From Patescibacteria group bacterium (GTDB lineage Bacteria; Patescibacteriota; Patescibacteriia; Patescibacteriales; WJLG01), in the NCBI GenBank assembly GCA_028707065.1, contig JAQTUZ010000003.1:66501-130500 (forward strand): DNA of 64,000 bases, in the 5' to 3' direction. Below, in pieces: positions 44,138 to 53,575 of the stretch. Below the pieces are notes generated by a model that made no database searches, had not been told where the DNA came from, and worked only from the letters and a program-made list of their open reading frames with translations. A program made the position numbers and the translations under genes. Each line of letters begins with the position of its first letter. Position 1 is the stretch's first letter.

Positions 44138-44923
44138 TTACTTGGCAAGATTGATGAACGGCAGCGTCGCGTCCGGTATCATCTGCGTCGGGAGCTTGCC
44201 GTCCCATTTTTCCACGGCCTTCAAATTGACATATTCCCGGCCGCCCTGCTGGGTGATGGCCTGGGCCTGGATTTGGATGGCTTTAGCCTCGGCCTCGGCC
44301 TGGGCAAGCCGCTGTTCAGCTTCCAGTTTTACTCTTTCCAAATCATTTCTGGCCTTAAGAGCCTGCTGCTGGGAAACCTGTTTTGATTCAACGGCTTTCT
44401 CGTATTCGTCGCTGAAAGAAAAATCAGTAATGGAAAATTCAACCACATTGAAATAAACCGATAATCTTTTCAAAAGCTCTTCTTTGATGCTTTCTTTGAC
44501 TTTCGGCCTGGCCTCGATCAATTCCTGGGCGGTAAAATTGGCCACGCCAGCCTTAACGCTCTCCTGGATCGCCGGATCGATCAATCTTGCTTGATAATCT
44601 TTGCCGACCTCCTGCCATAATTTATTTACGCTTTGCGGCTTGATGTTGTAATTCAAAGCCAAAGTGGCGTTAACGGTCTGGATGTCCTTTGAATAAGCCA
44701 GAGTTTTCGTTTCAATCTTTAAAGTCTTAACATCTAATTTTATCACCTGTTGATAGATCGGAATCCTAAAATGCAAGCCTTCTTCCATAATTTCTCCGGA
44801 AACCGCTCCCCAATTAAGCACGACCCCCCTTTCTCCGGCCGGTATGATCACGAAAGGATTCAAGGCCGAAAAAATAATGATGGCGATGATTATTCCGCCT
44901 GCCCACAAAGTTAATTTTTTCAT
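44138..44923 (-). CDS. SPFH/band-7 (prohibitin/HflC-like) membrane protein
   Basis: MKKLTLWAGGIIIAIIIFS anchor, then PAGERGVVLNWGAV...GLHFRIPIYQQVIKLDVKT and a C-terminal coiled coil. The track start at 44989 is a TTG extension. The ATG at 44923 is preferred. Confidence 0.85.
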   Translation of the reverse strand: MKKLTLWAGGIIIAIIIFSALNPFVIIPAGERGVVLNWGAVSGEIMEEGLHFRIPIYQQVIKLDVKTLKIETKTLAYSKDIQTVNATLALNYNIKPQSVNKLWQEVGKDYQARLIDPAIQESVKAGVANFTAQELIEARPKVKESIKEELLKRLSVYFNVVEFSITDFSFSDEYEKAVESKQVSQQQALKARNDLERVKLEAEQRLAQAEAEAKAIQIQAQAITQQGGREYVNLKAVEKWDGKLPTQMIPDATLPFINLAK

Positions 44924-45078
44924 TTGTTTAGTTTGGTTCCGGCAAAATCTCGCCAAGCGGATTCTGCCGAAGCGGCGCGATAGCGTCAAAATCCCCGGTA
45001 AGAGATTATGACGAAACCAAATTCGCGCATTAAAAATTTATTATCTATCTTTTATCATTCAAATACCGCGCTCATTCA

Positions 45079-47583
45079 TCAGAACAGCGTCAGGCGTTTA
45101 TTGATCTCCGCCTCGATTAACGCCCGATCGCGCCCGTATTTAAGGCGGCTTAAAGTTCTTATTTTTCCGGCGACTTCCGGCCGATCCTGGCCCGGCAAGG
45201 GCCACATCGTGCGCATCGAGAAGGGGCGCGAGGCGGTGTTGTCGATTAATAATTTAACGTAAGCGGTGTAAGCCTCGATGTTGATCAGGTCATATTCGTT
45301 AAAAACCGGGGAATATTCCTTGGCCAAAATTTCCGCGTCTTCCGAACCGATCTTAAAAGCGAACCAGCTTCCGACGTTGCCAAACACGGCCGAACGGATC
45401 GCCTCCCCTTCTTTGCCGAGCTGGCCGAGATATTGATGGGCGATGATCATATTCAAACCGTATTTGCGCGCTTCCGACAAAATCGTATTGATCGAGTCAG
45501 TGGTAAAGTTTTGGAATTCATCGATGTATAAATAAAAATCTTTGCGCGCCGAATCAGGCATATCGGCGCGGGATAAAGCCGCCATCAAAATTTTGCCGAC
45601 GATGAGCAAGCCGAGCAAATAAGCGTTCATATCGCCGATCTTTCCTTTGGACAGATCGACTAAAAGGATTTTTTGCTTATCCATCACGTCGCGCAGGTTG
45701 AAGGAGCTTTTCTGCTGGCCGATGATCGGACGCATCGTATCATTGGAAACGAATTGCGTCAATTTGGAAGTGATATAAGGCACGATATTGGCGAGCGCCG
45801 CTTCGCCGCCGGCTTTTTCCGCCTGCTTCTGCCAGAAATCAACCACGGTGATGTCCGGGCAATTTTGGATTTTCAATTTGCGGAAATCCGGATCGGATAA
45901 AACTCTGGGCACTTCCATCAGAGTCGAACCGGATTCGACGTGCGACATGATCAGCAATAAAGCATTGCGCATATACTGCTCGAACATCGGGCCGCCGGTG
46001 GTTTTCAAATCATATAATTTGTCAAAAATCTTGATCAGTTCATTGATGACGAAAGTTTTCTGTTCCGGATAGCGCTCGTCGAATTCGATCAGATTCAAAC
46101 CCATCGGCCGTTCCATATCGGCCGGCGAAAACAAGATGACATCTTCGGCGCGCTCGGGCGGAATGCGACGCAAGATATCTTCGATCAGATCGCCATGCGG
46201 ATCCATCACGCAGACTCCTTCGCCGTTCAAAATATCCTGAATCGCCAAACCGGCGATCAAGACCGATTTACCCGTACCGGATTTGCCGATGATGTACATA
46301 TGGCGGCGCCGGTCAGCCCGCTTAATGCGGATTTCTTTGGCCACGCCGCGATAAACATTTTTCCCCAAAACTATTCCCTCGGTAGGGATATTCGACGGCG
46401 CCGGTGCTTGTCGCGCCGTCAACCAGGCGATGTTGGGCGTTTCCAAATTTTTCAGAGGAAAATGATAAATGCTGTCCAGCTCCTCGGTGTTCAAAATAAA
46501 GCTGATCCGCTCGTTAAAGCGGCGATAAATGAAATCACGGACGACCCCGCCGTTGAACCGATAATTCTTTTGCTTGAAAATATTGCCATATTCATAATAA
46601 TTATATTCGGCGAACGCGTTGGCCATATTCAAAAGATAGGCCTTGCCGTTAGGCTCATTATTAGTGCTGACAATAACGCGGATATTGACATCAAGACCGG
46701 CCTTGGAATTTTTTTCTTCCATGCTCTTGAGCATCTCCTCTTCCATCTGGGATAATTTTTTCGGCTCCTTTTTCTCCTTTTCCCGTTCGCTTTTCGGCTT
46801 GGCTTCTTTCGCCACGCTGCCCAAAAAATTCAAGACCTGATTAAACACGCCGCCGCCGATCGCTTCGCCTACTTTTTTGCCGCGATTGACTTCCCGCACC
46901 ACTGCCGAAATTTTCCGATGCCAGGAACCTCTGGCAGATCGAACCACCAGCTGTACCGCCATTGATTCGTCCTTATCCAATTTGCTCATCACGTTAACCA
47001 GCGAATTCATCGGATCGATCTCCATTTTATTGTAAGTGCGGAGAGGAAAAACAAAACTTTTCCTGGTTTTCAAAACACTGGCGAAAACCTTGGCGGACGG
47101 ATTGAAAATGTTATAATCCGGCACTTCTTCAACCAGCGCGTCCGGATAATGAGCGTGAATTTGCTGTTCGATATAGCGCGCCGATTCCGCGGGCGTTACC
47201 ACGTAAAAATAAATTTTCTTTTCCGAGGCGACGATCTCGAAAGAAAAATGATCCGCCCTGCCCACCAGCCAGGCCTTAAGCCCGCGCTGGGCCCGAGCCC
47301 CGCCGATACTGTTAAAAATCGCTTCGCCCACGGCGATTTCTTCGCGCAACTCCTGCACGGTTTGCTCTTTTCTCTCCTCGCCCGGTTTTTCTTTGGGTAA
47401 TCTGACCATAAAAACCGTCTGGGTCAGATATTGATTGCGGACAAAATAATTGCGCAAAATTCTCAAGGCGATCAAAACGATAATTAAAAAAATAGCCGCG
47501 ATGGCGACATAAAAAATAATTGACAGCCAATCGACGTTGGCCGGCGCGGAATAAATATTGGGATAATTTACGGCGTAATCCAT
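45079..47583 (-). CDS. membrane-anchored VirD4/TraD-like (DUF87/AAA_10-type) ATPase
   Basis: 834 aa. N-terminal TM (IIFYVAIAAIFLIIVLIAL), Walker A IIGKSGTGKSVL, CVMDPHGDL, Walker B LYIDEFQNF, and ARKYGLNMIIAHQYLGQL. Confidence 0.75.
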   Translation of the reverse strand: MDYAVNYPNIYSAPANVDWLSIIFYVAIAAIFLIIVLIALRILRNYFVRNQYLTQTVFMVRLPKEKPGEERKEQTVQELREEIAVGEAIFNSIGGARAQRGLKAWLVGRADHFSFEIVASEKKIYFYVVTPAESARYIEQQIHAHYPDALVEEVPDYNIFNPSAKVFASVLKTRKSFVFPLRTYNKMEIDPMNSLVNVMSKLDKDESMAVQLVVRSARGSWHRKISAVVREVNRGKKVGEAIGGGVFNQVLNFLGSVAKEAKPKSEREKEKKEPKKLSQMEEEMLKSMEEKNSKAGLDVNIRVIVSTNNEPNGKAYLLNMANAFAEYNYYEYGNIFKQKNYRFNGGVVRDFIYRRFNERISFILNTEELDSIYHFPLKNLETPNIAWLTARQAPAPSNIPTEGIVLGKNVYRGVAKEIRIKRADRRRHMYIIGKSGTGKSVLIAGLAIQDILNGEGVCVMDPHGDLIEDILRRIPPERAEDVILFSPADMERPMGLNLIEFDERYPEQKTFVINELIKIFDKLYDLKTTGGPMFEQYMRNALLLIMSHVESGSTLMEVPRVLSDPDFRKLKIQNCPDITVVDFWQKQAEKAGGEAALANIVPYITSKLTQFVSNDTMRPIIGQQKSSFNLRDVMDKQKILLVDLSKGKIGDMNAYLLGLLIVGKILMAALSRADMPDSARKDFYLYIDEFQNFTTDSINTILSEARKYGLNMIIAHQYLGQLGKEGEAIRSAVFGNVGSWFAFKIGSEDAEILAKEYSPVFNEYDLINIEAYTAYVKLLIDNTASRPFSMRTMWPLPGQDRPEVAGKIRTLSRLKYGRDRALIEAEINKRLTLF

Positions 47584-47667
47584 ATATACAAATCATGGAG
47601 CAAAGAACAAAGAACACAAATATCGAAAATAAACACTTACAAAGTTATTTGCTCCATGCTCTTTGCT

Positions 47668-48153
47668 CTATGTTCTATGCTCTTTTTTTAATTTAATGAT
47701 CTCGTCCGCTTTGATCTTCGCTTCCTGCTCCAAGAAGAATTTATTGACCCCGGGAATTAGCGAAAGCCATTTGCGGATCAGATTAACTATCTTGCCAATA
47801 TTAATTTTTGTTTTTTCCAAGAGCTTTTCGATTTTTTTGGCGGTTTTTTCCCCTTCTTTGCGAAATTCCGCCTGCTTTTCCAAGGGCAAGCCTAAATAAA
47901 TCTCCTCTAATCCGACAGACAGAAAATTCTCGATCTGTTTTTCCCGCTCCTCATATTCGGAAATCACGCTCTTGACCGGCCGGGCCGCGGCCGGCGCTGC
48001 CGCGGGAATTTCCCCGATTTTTTCCTGGGCTTTTTGCGCGGCTTGCTCCGCCTTTTCCAAAGTCAAATCTGGCCGTTCGCTGGGAACGCCGGTTTCAGCC
48101 TCGATTTTCTTCGGAGCTTCGAGATTTGACCCGATATTCAATTCAGTTGGCAT
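47668..48153 (-). CDS. hypothetical protein (161 aa)
   Basis: Complete ORF upstream of, and co-directional with, the ATPase. Charged and Ala/Pro-rich. No motif recognised. Confidence 0.45.
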   Translation of the reverse strand: MPTELNIGSNLEAPKKIEAETGVPSERPDLTLEKAEQAAQKAQEKIGEIPAAAPAAARPVKSVISEYEEREKQIENFLSVGLEEIYLGLPLEKQAEFRKEGEKTAKKIEKLLEKTKINIGKIVNLIRKWLSLIPGVNKFFLEQEAKIKADEIIKLKKEHRT

Positions 48154-48196
48154 ATCTTAAGTATAACATAAATTAAGGGTAGATAAAACTCTGAAT

Positions 48197-48319
48197 TATA
48201 ATCCGAACCTACGAAATACCCGAATACAACGAACATTTTCATCCGAAAATTTCTTATTAATCTTGTATTCGTTTCGCAGCCGTTTGTAGTATTCGGATTT
48301 TTCGTGGGTTCGGATTATT
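48197..48319. repeat. family C palindrome
   Basis: ataatccgaacctacgaaatacccgaatacaacgaacatt...gtattcgtttcgcagccgtttgtagtattcggatttttcgtgggttcggattat. The track ORF 48196-48654 is an artefact of this repeat. Confidence 0.85.
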
Positions 48320-48354
48320 TGTGCTATAATATAATCATTGCTAACAAGGAGAAA

Positions 48355-49326
48355 ATGTCCCACTACAAAAAAATCACCAAAAACATCCAGGAGCTCGTCA
48401 TCACCGGCGGCAAAGGCGGCAACGCGATCCGCTGGTTTAATATTGCCAATCCGGGCAAGGAAGAATTGGATTTTCTGCGCAAGATGAAAAAATACAGTTT
48501 TGATTTTCATGAATTGCGCGCTTCCTCGGTCAAGGTGCAGGCCGAACGCCCGATCATCGAACAAAAAGGAAAATATTTTTTTCTCATCCTTCATTTTCCG
48601 GTTTTCAAAGATGAGGAAATCGTCGCCGCTGAAATCGATTTTTTCATCGCTCACGGATTATTGATTACCCTGCATGACGGCCGGCTAAAAATTCTCGATG
48701 ACTTTTTCAACACCGCCAGAAAAGACGGCTCTTCTTTGATGGTCAAAAAATTCCCTTCTTCAGCCGTGCTCTTGGCCGAACTGCTGGAAAAATTAGTGAC
48801 TGATTGCTATGGAATAATGGATAAAAATAATGTCAAAATAAACGCGGTGGAAAAAATGATCTTTGCCAACGAACAAAAAAAATCCGTCGCCCGGATCCTG
48901 GAACTGGAGCACAACATCATCAACATCCGCCGCACCATGCTCAATCACAAAAATATTTTAAAGAGGCTGGTGCAGATGAAAAGCTCGATCATCCCGCCGG
49001 CGGTGATCAAATCTTTTTATTACAATCTGATCGAACAGACCAAGCGGATCTGGGAATTTTCCGAAAGCCAGAAAGAAACCGTCGAGGCGCTGCGCTCGGC
49101 CAACGAATCGCTTTTGGATTTCCGCACTAGCAGCATCATCAAAACTTTGACCATCGTTTCAGTGATCTTCGCCCCGCTCTCTTTTATTGTCGCTCTGCTG
49201 ACTATAAGCGTTCAAAACGGAATGCCGCTGCTCGATACGCCCAACGGTTTTTGGATCGTCACTTATGGCTTAGGCCTTCTCGCCGCCCTGATGCTGCTAT
49301 TTTTTGTGAGGAAAAAATGGCTCTGA
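48355..49326 (+). CDS. corA: CorA-family divalent cation transporter with GMP in place of GMN
   Basis: AAGGAG lies 6 nt upstream of the ATG at 48355. The cytoplasmic domain is followed by two C-terminal TM helices. The signature loop reads QNGMPLL (49219-49227) where YGMNF is expected. It ends RKKWL. Confidence 0.78.
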   Translation: MSHYKKITKNIQELVITGGKGGNAIRWFNIANPGKEELDFLRKMKKYSFDFHELRASSVKVQAERPIIEQKGKYFFLILHFPVFKDEEIVAAEIDFFIAHGLLITLHDGRLKILDDFFNTARKDGSSLMVKKFPSSAVLLAELLEKLVTDCYGIMDKNNVKINAVEKMIFANEQKKSVARILELEHNIINIRRTMLNHKNILKRLVQMKSSIIPPAVIKSFYYNLIEQTKRIWEFSESQKETVEALRSANESLLDFRTSSIIKTLTIVSVIFAPLSFIVALLTISVQNGMPLLDTPNGFWIVTYGLGLLAALMLLFFVRKKWL

Positions 49327-49394
49327 ACCAATTACAAATTATGCCGACGTAAAGTCGGCATCCCGAGCTTGCCTCGGGAAAAATTAAAAATATT

Positions 49395-49426
49395 TTAAAA
49401 AGAGGCGCTAGATGCCTCTTTTTTTG
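49395..49426. terminator. bidirectional terminator
   Basis: aagaggc-gctagat-gcctctt flanked by A-runs and T-runs. Confidence 0.7.
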
Positions 49427-49443
49427 ATGAATTTTCAGTTGCC

Positions 49444-49854
49444 TTAGAAATGTTTGTGAAAAAAAACATTGATCCTCGATTGCTTTTGTTTTTCTTGCCT
49501 CAGATAAGCGGCAAGCGTATTAATCCAGCTCAATGGCTGATTTAAATAATGCTTTTTCCAAAGGCGCATTTCATATTTATCCAGCAGTTTGTCTTCAATG
49601 GACAAATGAATGTGGCAAAGAATCACCCGGGCGATTTGCGCCGACCAAAGCAGGTCATTGTCATTCTCTTTTCCGATTAACTCTTCGATGATCTGAAAAA
49701 GTCCTTCCCGATCAAGCGACCGCAAAACTTTTAAGGGAAATCGCCCGATTAAGGCCGAACGTGAATCAAAATCATCATTATTGGCCGCAACCAACGCCAA
49801 CAAATCCGGCCACCAGGGCATAGTTCTGACATCGACTCCGGGATTAGCCGCCAT
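49444..49854 (-). CDS. hypothetical protein (136 aa)
   Basis: AAGGAGG lies 6 nt upstream of the ATG. No motif recognised. Confidence 0.5.
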   Translation of the reverse strand: MAANPGVDVRTMPWWPDLLALVAANNDDFDSRSALIGRFPLKVLRSLDREGLFQIIEELIGKENDNDLLWSAQIARVILCHIHLSIEDKLLDKYEMRLWKKHYLNQPLSWINTLAAYLRQEKQKQSRINVFFHKHF

Positions 49855-49880
49855 AAATCCTCCTTTGAAAAGGTACGTGA

Positions 49881-50945
49881 TTATTTCAATAACTTTTTAA
49901 TATCCGCTAATGTTTCAACTTTAACGAATTCCTGACGCATTTCGGCCGCACCCGGCATTCCCTTTACATACCAGCACAAATGCTTGCGCATTTCAAGTAT
50001 CCCCCGCCTGCCCTTGAACTTTTCCATCAGTTTGGCATGCTCCAGCGCAATTTTAAAAATATTCCCCTCTAGAGAGGCCCGTCTCGCCAAGGCTTCGCCG
50101 AGGCGGAGGTGGCTCGCACCGCGCGAGGCGGGCCTTGCCCAGCGTAGCTCCGCCTCGGAGCGAAGTTGGGGTGTGTTACGCTCACTTTTACGAAAAACAT
50201 TTTTTATTTGCGCAAAAATTTGCGGACGCCCGCACGCTCCCTGGCCGATTCCGATTCCATCCGCACCAGTTTTTTTGAGCATTATTTCAGCGTCTTCTAA
50301 ATTATTTATCCCGCCATTAGCCAGTACGATACCTTTGAATTTTTTCTTAACTCGATTGATAATTCCATAATCAACTGGCCCGGCAAATCCCTGCGCCAAA
50401 GTCCGGCCATGAACCATGATCGCGGCGATCGGCAAATCTTTCATCTTATCGATAAATTCCAAAGCGGATATTTTTCCGGCATGGGCGCGGATCTTCACTG
50501 AGACTGGCAATTTTGTATTAGCCAGAACCGCCTCAATGACGCGCCGCGACTGATTCAAGTCCTGAAATAATTTCGCGCCAGAACAAGACTTGATTATTTT
50601 CATCACCGGACAGCCGAAATTTATATCGATCCCGTCCGGCTTGATTTTCTTCTCGATTATTTTCACCGCCTTGATAAAATGCTCAGGATTGTTGCCGAAA
50701 AGCTGAACCACGAATTTCGCCCCGCCATTTTTTCTATACACATCTAAAAGCCCGCTCGTTCTCTTGCTGTCATAGAACAAGCCGGCCGCCGAGATCATTT
50801 CGCTATAAACCACATCGGCGCCATACTTGCCGCACAGATACCGGAAAGCCGCGTCGGTAATCCCCGCCATCGGCGCCAGCGCCAATATAGGCCTGCCCTG
50901 AGCGGAGCCGAAGGGTTTTTTCAATTTTTCCCAAAAATTATTCAT
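49881..50945 (-). CDS. tRNA-dihydrouridine synthase (Dus family) carrying a 117-nt in-frame element
   Basis: LALAPMAGITDAAFR, NFGCPV, the KIR motif, and HGRTLAQGFAGPVDY. The track start at 51053 is a TTG that reads through the upstream terminator. The ATG at 50945 is preferred. Confidence 0.85.
   Translation of the reverse strand: MNNFWEKLKKPFGSAQGRPILALAPMAGITDAAFRYLCGKYGADVVYSEMISAAGLFYDSKRTSGLLDVYRKNGGAKFVVQLFGNNPEHFIKAVKIIEKKIKPDGIDINFGCPVMKIIKSCSGAKLFQDLNQSRRVIEAVLANTKLPVSVKIRAHAGKISALEFIDKMKDLPIAAIMVHGRTLAQGFAGPVDYGIINRVKKKFKGIVLANGGINNLEDAEIMLKKTGADGIGIGQGACGRPQIFAQIKNVFRKSERNTPQLRSEAELRWARPASRGASHLRLGEALARRASLEGNIFKIALEHAKLMEKFKGRRGILEMRKHLCWYVKGMPGAAEMRQEFVKVETLADIKKLLK
50061..50177. 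repeat. family A long GC-rich palindromic element in frame inside dus
   Basis: attcccctctagagaggcccgtctcgcc...cggagcgaagttggggtgtgtt encodes NTPQLRSEAELRWARPASRGASHLRLGEALARRASLEGN on the minus strand. Confidence 0.85.
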
Positions 50946-50970
50946 GAATTGATTATAACAAAGTAATTCA

Positions 50971-51050
50971 AAAATAAAAGAGCCGAGAACGATTTGTGAT
51001 CGTCCTCGGCTCATTATGTTTTGCGGCAATCGCCTGGTTAGCGAAGCCGG
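50971..51050 (-). repeat. conserved 3' module (last codons plus terminator), copy 1
   Basis: About 85 percent identical to 51903-51982. Contains the hairpin gagccgaggacg-atcacaaa-tcgttctcggctc followed by TTTTATTTTT (minus sense). Confidence 0.85.
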
Positions 51051-51799
51051 CAAGAATTCGCTCTCTTTAACACTGCTCCATTCGACAAGCGTATTAGAAA
51101 GAACCCGTTAGTAGCACGGCCGGAATTTATAATTCGTCCTGATAAATCAACCAGACAAGCCCTGGAAATTATTCCCGATGACCTAGCCTGCGGTCTGGCG
51201 ATTACTGCAACCGTGGCTCGATTAATGTCTGATAAGGAAATTATTTGCAGATAAGCTACCTTGCCCAAATTACTGACGCACTCCACTCTGACCAGCGCAC
51301 CGTCAACCATTTCCCCCGGCAGCGCTTGATAAACATTAACGCTTACGTCTGAACTCACGAACTCGTGATAGCTCAATCGTCTGATGGTGTCGTCTTGGCC
51401 GCTGGCAAATAAATATATGCCAATTCCGACCCGCACCACAATTATTCCATAGGCATTTACCGAACTGTCGAAAATCGACGTATAGATCAAACTCTTCTCG
51501 ACCACCAAGTACTTGTTTATTTGAGTGGGAATGGCCAGCCAACCGGCAAAGCTTTGCACCGTATACCAGTTATTCATAATCGAATTGCTCAAGCTGCCAA
51601 TGGCTGATTGTCGCCCGCGCCAATACAGATCATCGGTCCAAATCACATGATTACAGGCCGAACCGTCATTTCTCACCACGACAAAACTCGAATCGCGGCT
51701 GATAGTATCGTTGGCGCAAGAAGGCCCATGGGGATGCTGAGCAAAAGATATGGCCGCCAACAACAACAAAAACCCGCAACTGCCAATCATTTTTTTCAT
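51038..51799 (-). CDS. secreted protein with C-terminal beta-tail (253 aa from the ATG at 51799)
   Basis: GGGAGA ribosome-binding site, signal peptide MKKMIGSCGFLLLLAAISFAQ, and C-terminus LVDLSGRIINSGRATNGFFLIRLSNGAVLKR. The track start at 51883 overlaps the predicted promoter. Confidence 0.6.
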   Translation of the reverse strand: MKKMIGSCGFLLLLAAISFAQHPHGPSCANDTISRDSSFVVVRNDGSACNHVIWTDDLYWRGRQSAIGSLSNSIMNNWYTVQSFAGWLAIPTQINKYLVVEKSLIYTSIFDSSVNAYGIIVVRVGIGIYLFASGQDDTIRRLSYHEFVSSDVSVNVYQALPGEMVDGALVRVECVSNLGKVAYLQIISLSDINRATVAVIARPQARSSGIISRACLVDLSGRIINSGRATNGFFLIRLSNGAVLKRANSCRLR

Positions 51800-51869
51800 A
51801 CTTCTTCTCCCTTTGGTAAATGTGTTTGTTATTATTAAAAAACAATCATATTTGCAATGTCTGTGACAG

Positions 51870-51898
51870 ACAATAGCATACATTTACCGATTTGTCAA
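51870..51898 (-). promoter_or_regulatory. promoter TTGACA-17-TATTGT (cassette 1)
   Basis: Reverse complement of 51893-51898 is TTGACA and of 51870-51875 is TATTGT. It shares ATGCTATTGT with 53250-53259. Confidence 0.6.
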
Positions 51899-51902
51899 TG
51901 TC

Positions 51903-51982
51903 AAAATAAAAAAGAGCCGGGGACGAATGCAATCGTCCTCGGCTCATATTGTTTTGCGGCAATCGCTTGGTTAGCGATGCCG
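51903..51982 (-). repeat. conserved 3' module, copy 2
   Basis: See 50971-51050. Hairpin at 51914-51945. Confidence 0.85.
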
Positions 51983-53179
51983 ATTAAAGATCGTGGTTTT
52001 AGTCGCTCCGTCCGACATCTGAATAATCCTCAGTCCGGATGTGGCATAATTTGCGCCAGTGATTTTCCTACCCCTTATGTCGAAAGCGGCATTTTGGGCG
52101 GAATATTTCCGAATGGGCGCGCTTTTTAAAACCGGTTTTGAAATTGCCGTCGGATTTATCGGACCTCCAAGTTCACAGATTTCGACCGTATACTTCGCGG
52201 CCGGATCCGGAATTTCTACCGTCCATTGTCCGTTGGCGTCGGCGAAGGAATCTTTCTGCCAAAGCTTACCTCTCTGGAAAGAAAAAACATTAATCGCTGC
52301 GTTCGAACTAGTCTTAATCGTCAGCTTATCGCCAACAATCTCCGACGTATAACGAGCCGATGAAGCCCTTTTGAACAAGGAGACATTCCCGACCGTTTCT
52401 GACATCGGTTTTCCAAAACCAAGATCTTTGACGGCAGGGTCGATGGGGTTATTTAGCCAGACATTTAGAAGTGTCGGGCCAACAACTTTAGTCGGCATTG
52501 ATTGTCCCGGAAGAATCATTTTTCCGTAATTCTTTCCGGACTGTACGTATCGCTCCCTATTACCGAGAACTCCATGTCCGATAAATCCGATATAGCTCAC
52601 CAGGTCAGCGGAGGTAACAAGGCCATCGCCGTTTATATCACCCCTGATCCCGTCTAACTTTCTGAAAGTAAATCCCCTGCTTATTTCTTCTCCTTGCCCG
52701 GGGAATTGCTCTCCGCTAGAAATCGCGGCATCCATAACGACATATCCGACTTTATTGTCAGCAATATCATTTAATCGGATGCCAGAAAAATAAACAAGCA
52801 TGCAACGAGTCATATAATATGAGCTCGTTTTTGCGAGAGCCATAATATCCCAGATGGGCGTAGAATCGTTAATGAAATAGGAGACCTTGTCAGAGTCATC
52901 CGACCAATAATAATCACAAACCCTGAGATTTGTTTGACTGAAAAAACCGTTTATGTCCCAACCGGTCGACGTGGTTTTTATGCCCCACATTTTCCCGTTG
53001 GCAGCACTGCCGCTGAACGGGCCGTTATTTGATACGTGCAATATTCCATCGAAACGCTCTCCGGGCAAGAGATAATAATTGCTTGCCGTGTCATAAAAGT
53101 AAAACCGAAAATCAGGCTGAGCGATCGAAGAGACCGACGACAATAAGCAGACGAACAGCGAAAAAATGAGCTTTTTCAT
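51971..53179 (-). CDS. secreted protein with dockerin-like repeat and C-terminal beta-tail (402 aa)
   Basis: Signal peptide MKKLIFSLFVCLLSSVSSIAQ, GDINGDGLVTSADLVSYIGFI (dockerin/EF-hand-like), and C-terminus FDIRGRKITGANYATSGLRIIQMSDGATKTTIF. Confidence 0.65.
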   Translation of the reverse strand: MKKLIFSLFVCLLSSVSSIAQPDFRFYFYDTASNYYLLPGERFDGILHVSNNGPFSGSAANGKMWGIKTTSTGWDINGFFSQTNLRVCDYYWSDDSDKVSYFINDSTPIWDIMALAKTSSYYMTRCMLVYFSGIRLNDIADNKVGYVVMDAAISSGEQFPGQGEEISRGFTFRKLDGIRGDINGDGLVTSADLVSYIGFIGHGVLGNRERYVQSGKNYGKMILPGQSMPTKVVGPTLLNVWLNNPIDPAVKDLGFGKPMSETVGNVSLFKRASSARYTSEIVGDKLTIKTSSNAAINVFSFQRGKLWQKDSFADANGQWTVEIPDPAAKYTVEICELGGPINPTAISKPVLKSAPIRKYSAQNAAFDIRGRKITGANYATSGLRIIQMSDGATKTTIFNRHR

Positions 53180-53249
53180 AAAAACCCCTTTCTGTTTGTT
53201 AGGAGATATTGAATTGTAAACAGCAAACTGCTTTCAGAATTATGTTAAA

Positions 53250-53278
53250 ACAATAGCATAGTTCTCACTTTTTGTCAA
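53250..53278 (-). promoter_or_regulatory. promoter TTGACA-17-TATTGT (cassette 2)
   Basis: Reverse complement of 53273-53278 is TTGACA and of 53250-53255 is TATTGT. Confidence 0.6.
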
Positions 53279-53323
53279 TCAAGCCAAACAAAAAACGCCA
53301 ACTTTGGCGACTTTTACCCTCTT

Positions 53324-53525
53324 TGTCATCCTGCCTGCCCGCCTTCTTGTCCGCCTCGGGCGGAGGGAGGGAGCGCCGTGCGAAGGATCTATTTTCCGAT
53401 AAATCTTTAAAATGTTATAAAGAATTAGAACGATGATATTGGATTAACTTTATCGATAAAAAATTTTACCTCGATAATTTCTGCTTTACACAAAATAGAT
53501 CCCTCGTCAGGGACTCGGGATGACA
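53324..53525. mobile_element. MITE-like element, second copy (202 bp)
   Basis: The left arm is tgtcatcctgcctgcccgcc...gtgcgaaggatctatttt. The right arm is aaaatagatccctcgtcagggactcgggatgaca. The core is AT-rich, with the same termini as 13885-14060. Confidence 0.65.
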
Positions 53526-53575
53526 AAAAAGAGAAAGCCGGGATTATGGAAAAATCGGTTTTTATTTCTAACTTC

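Noticed and set aside
44924-44989. Longer N-terminal extensions from the ORF track (44989 TTG, 51053 TTG, 51883, 21380, 61933, 48304)
   Set aside because: The extensions run through predicted terminators, promoters or upstream genes. Internal ATGs give canonical signal or anchor peptides or conserved N-termini, often with ribosome-binding sites.
48196-48654. 152-aa minus-strand ORF
   Set aside because: Its 3' part lies in the family C palindrome and its 5' part is antisense to corA. Artefact.
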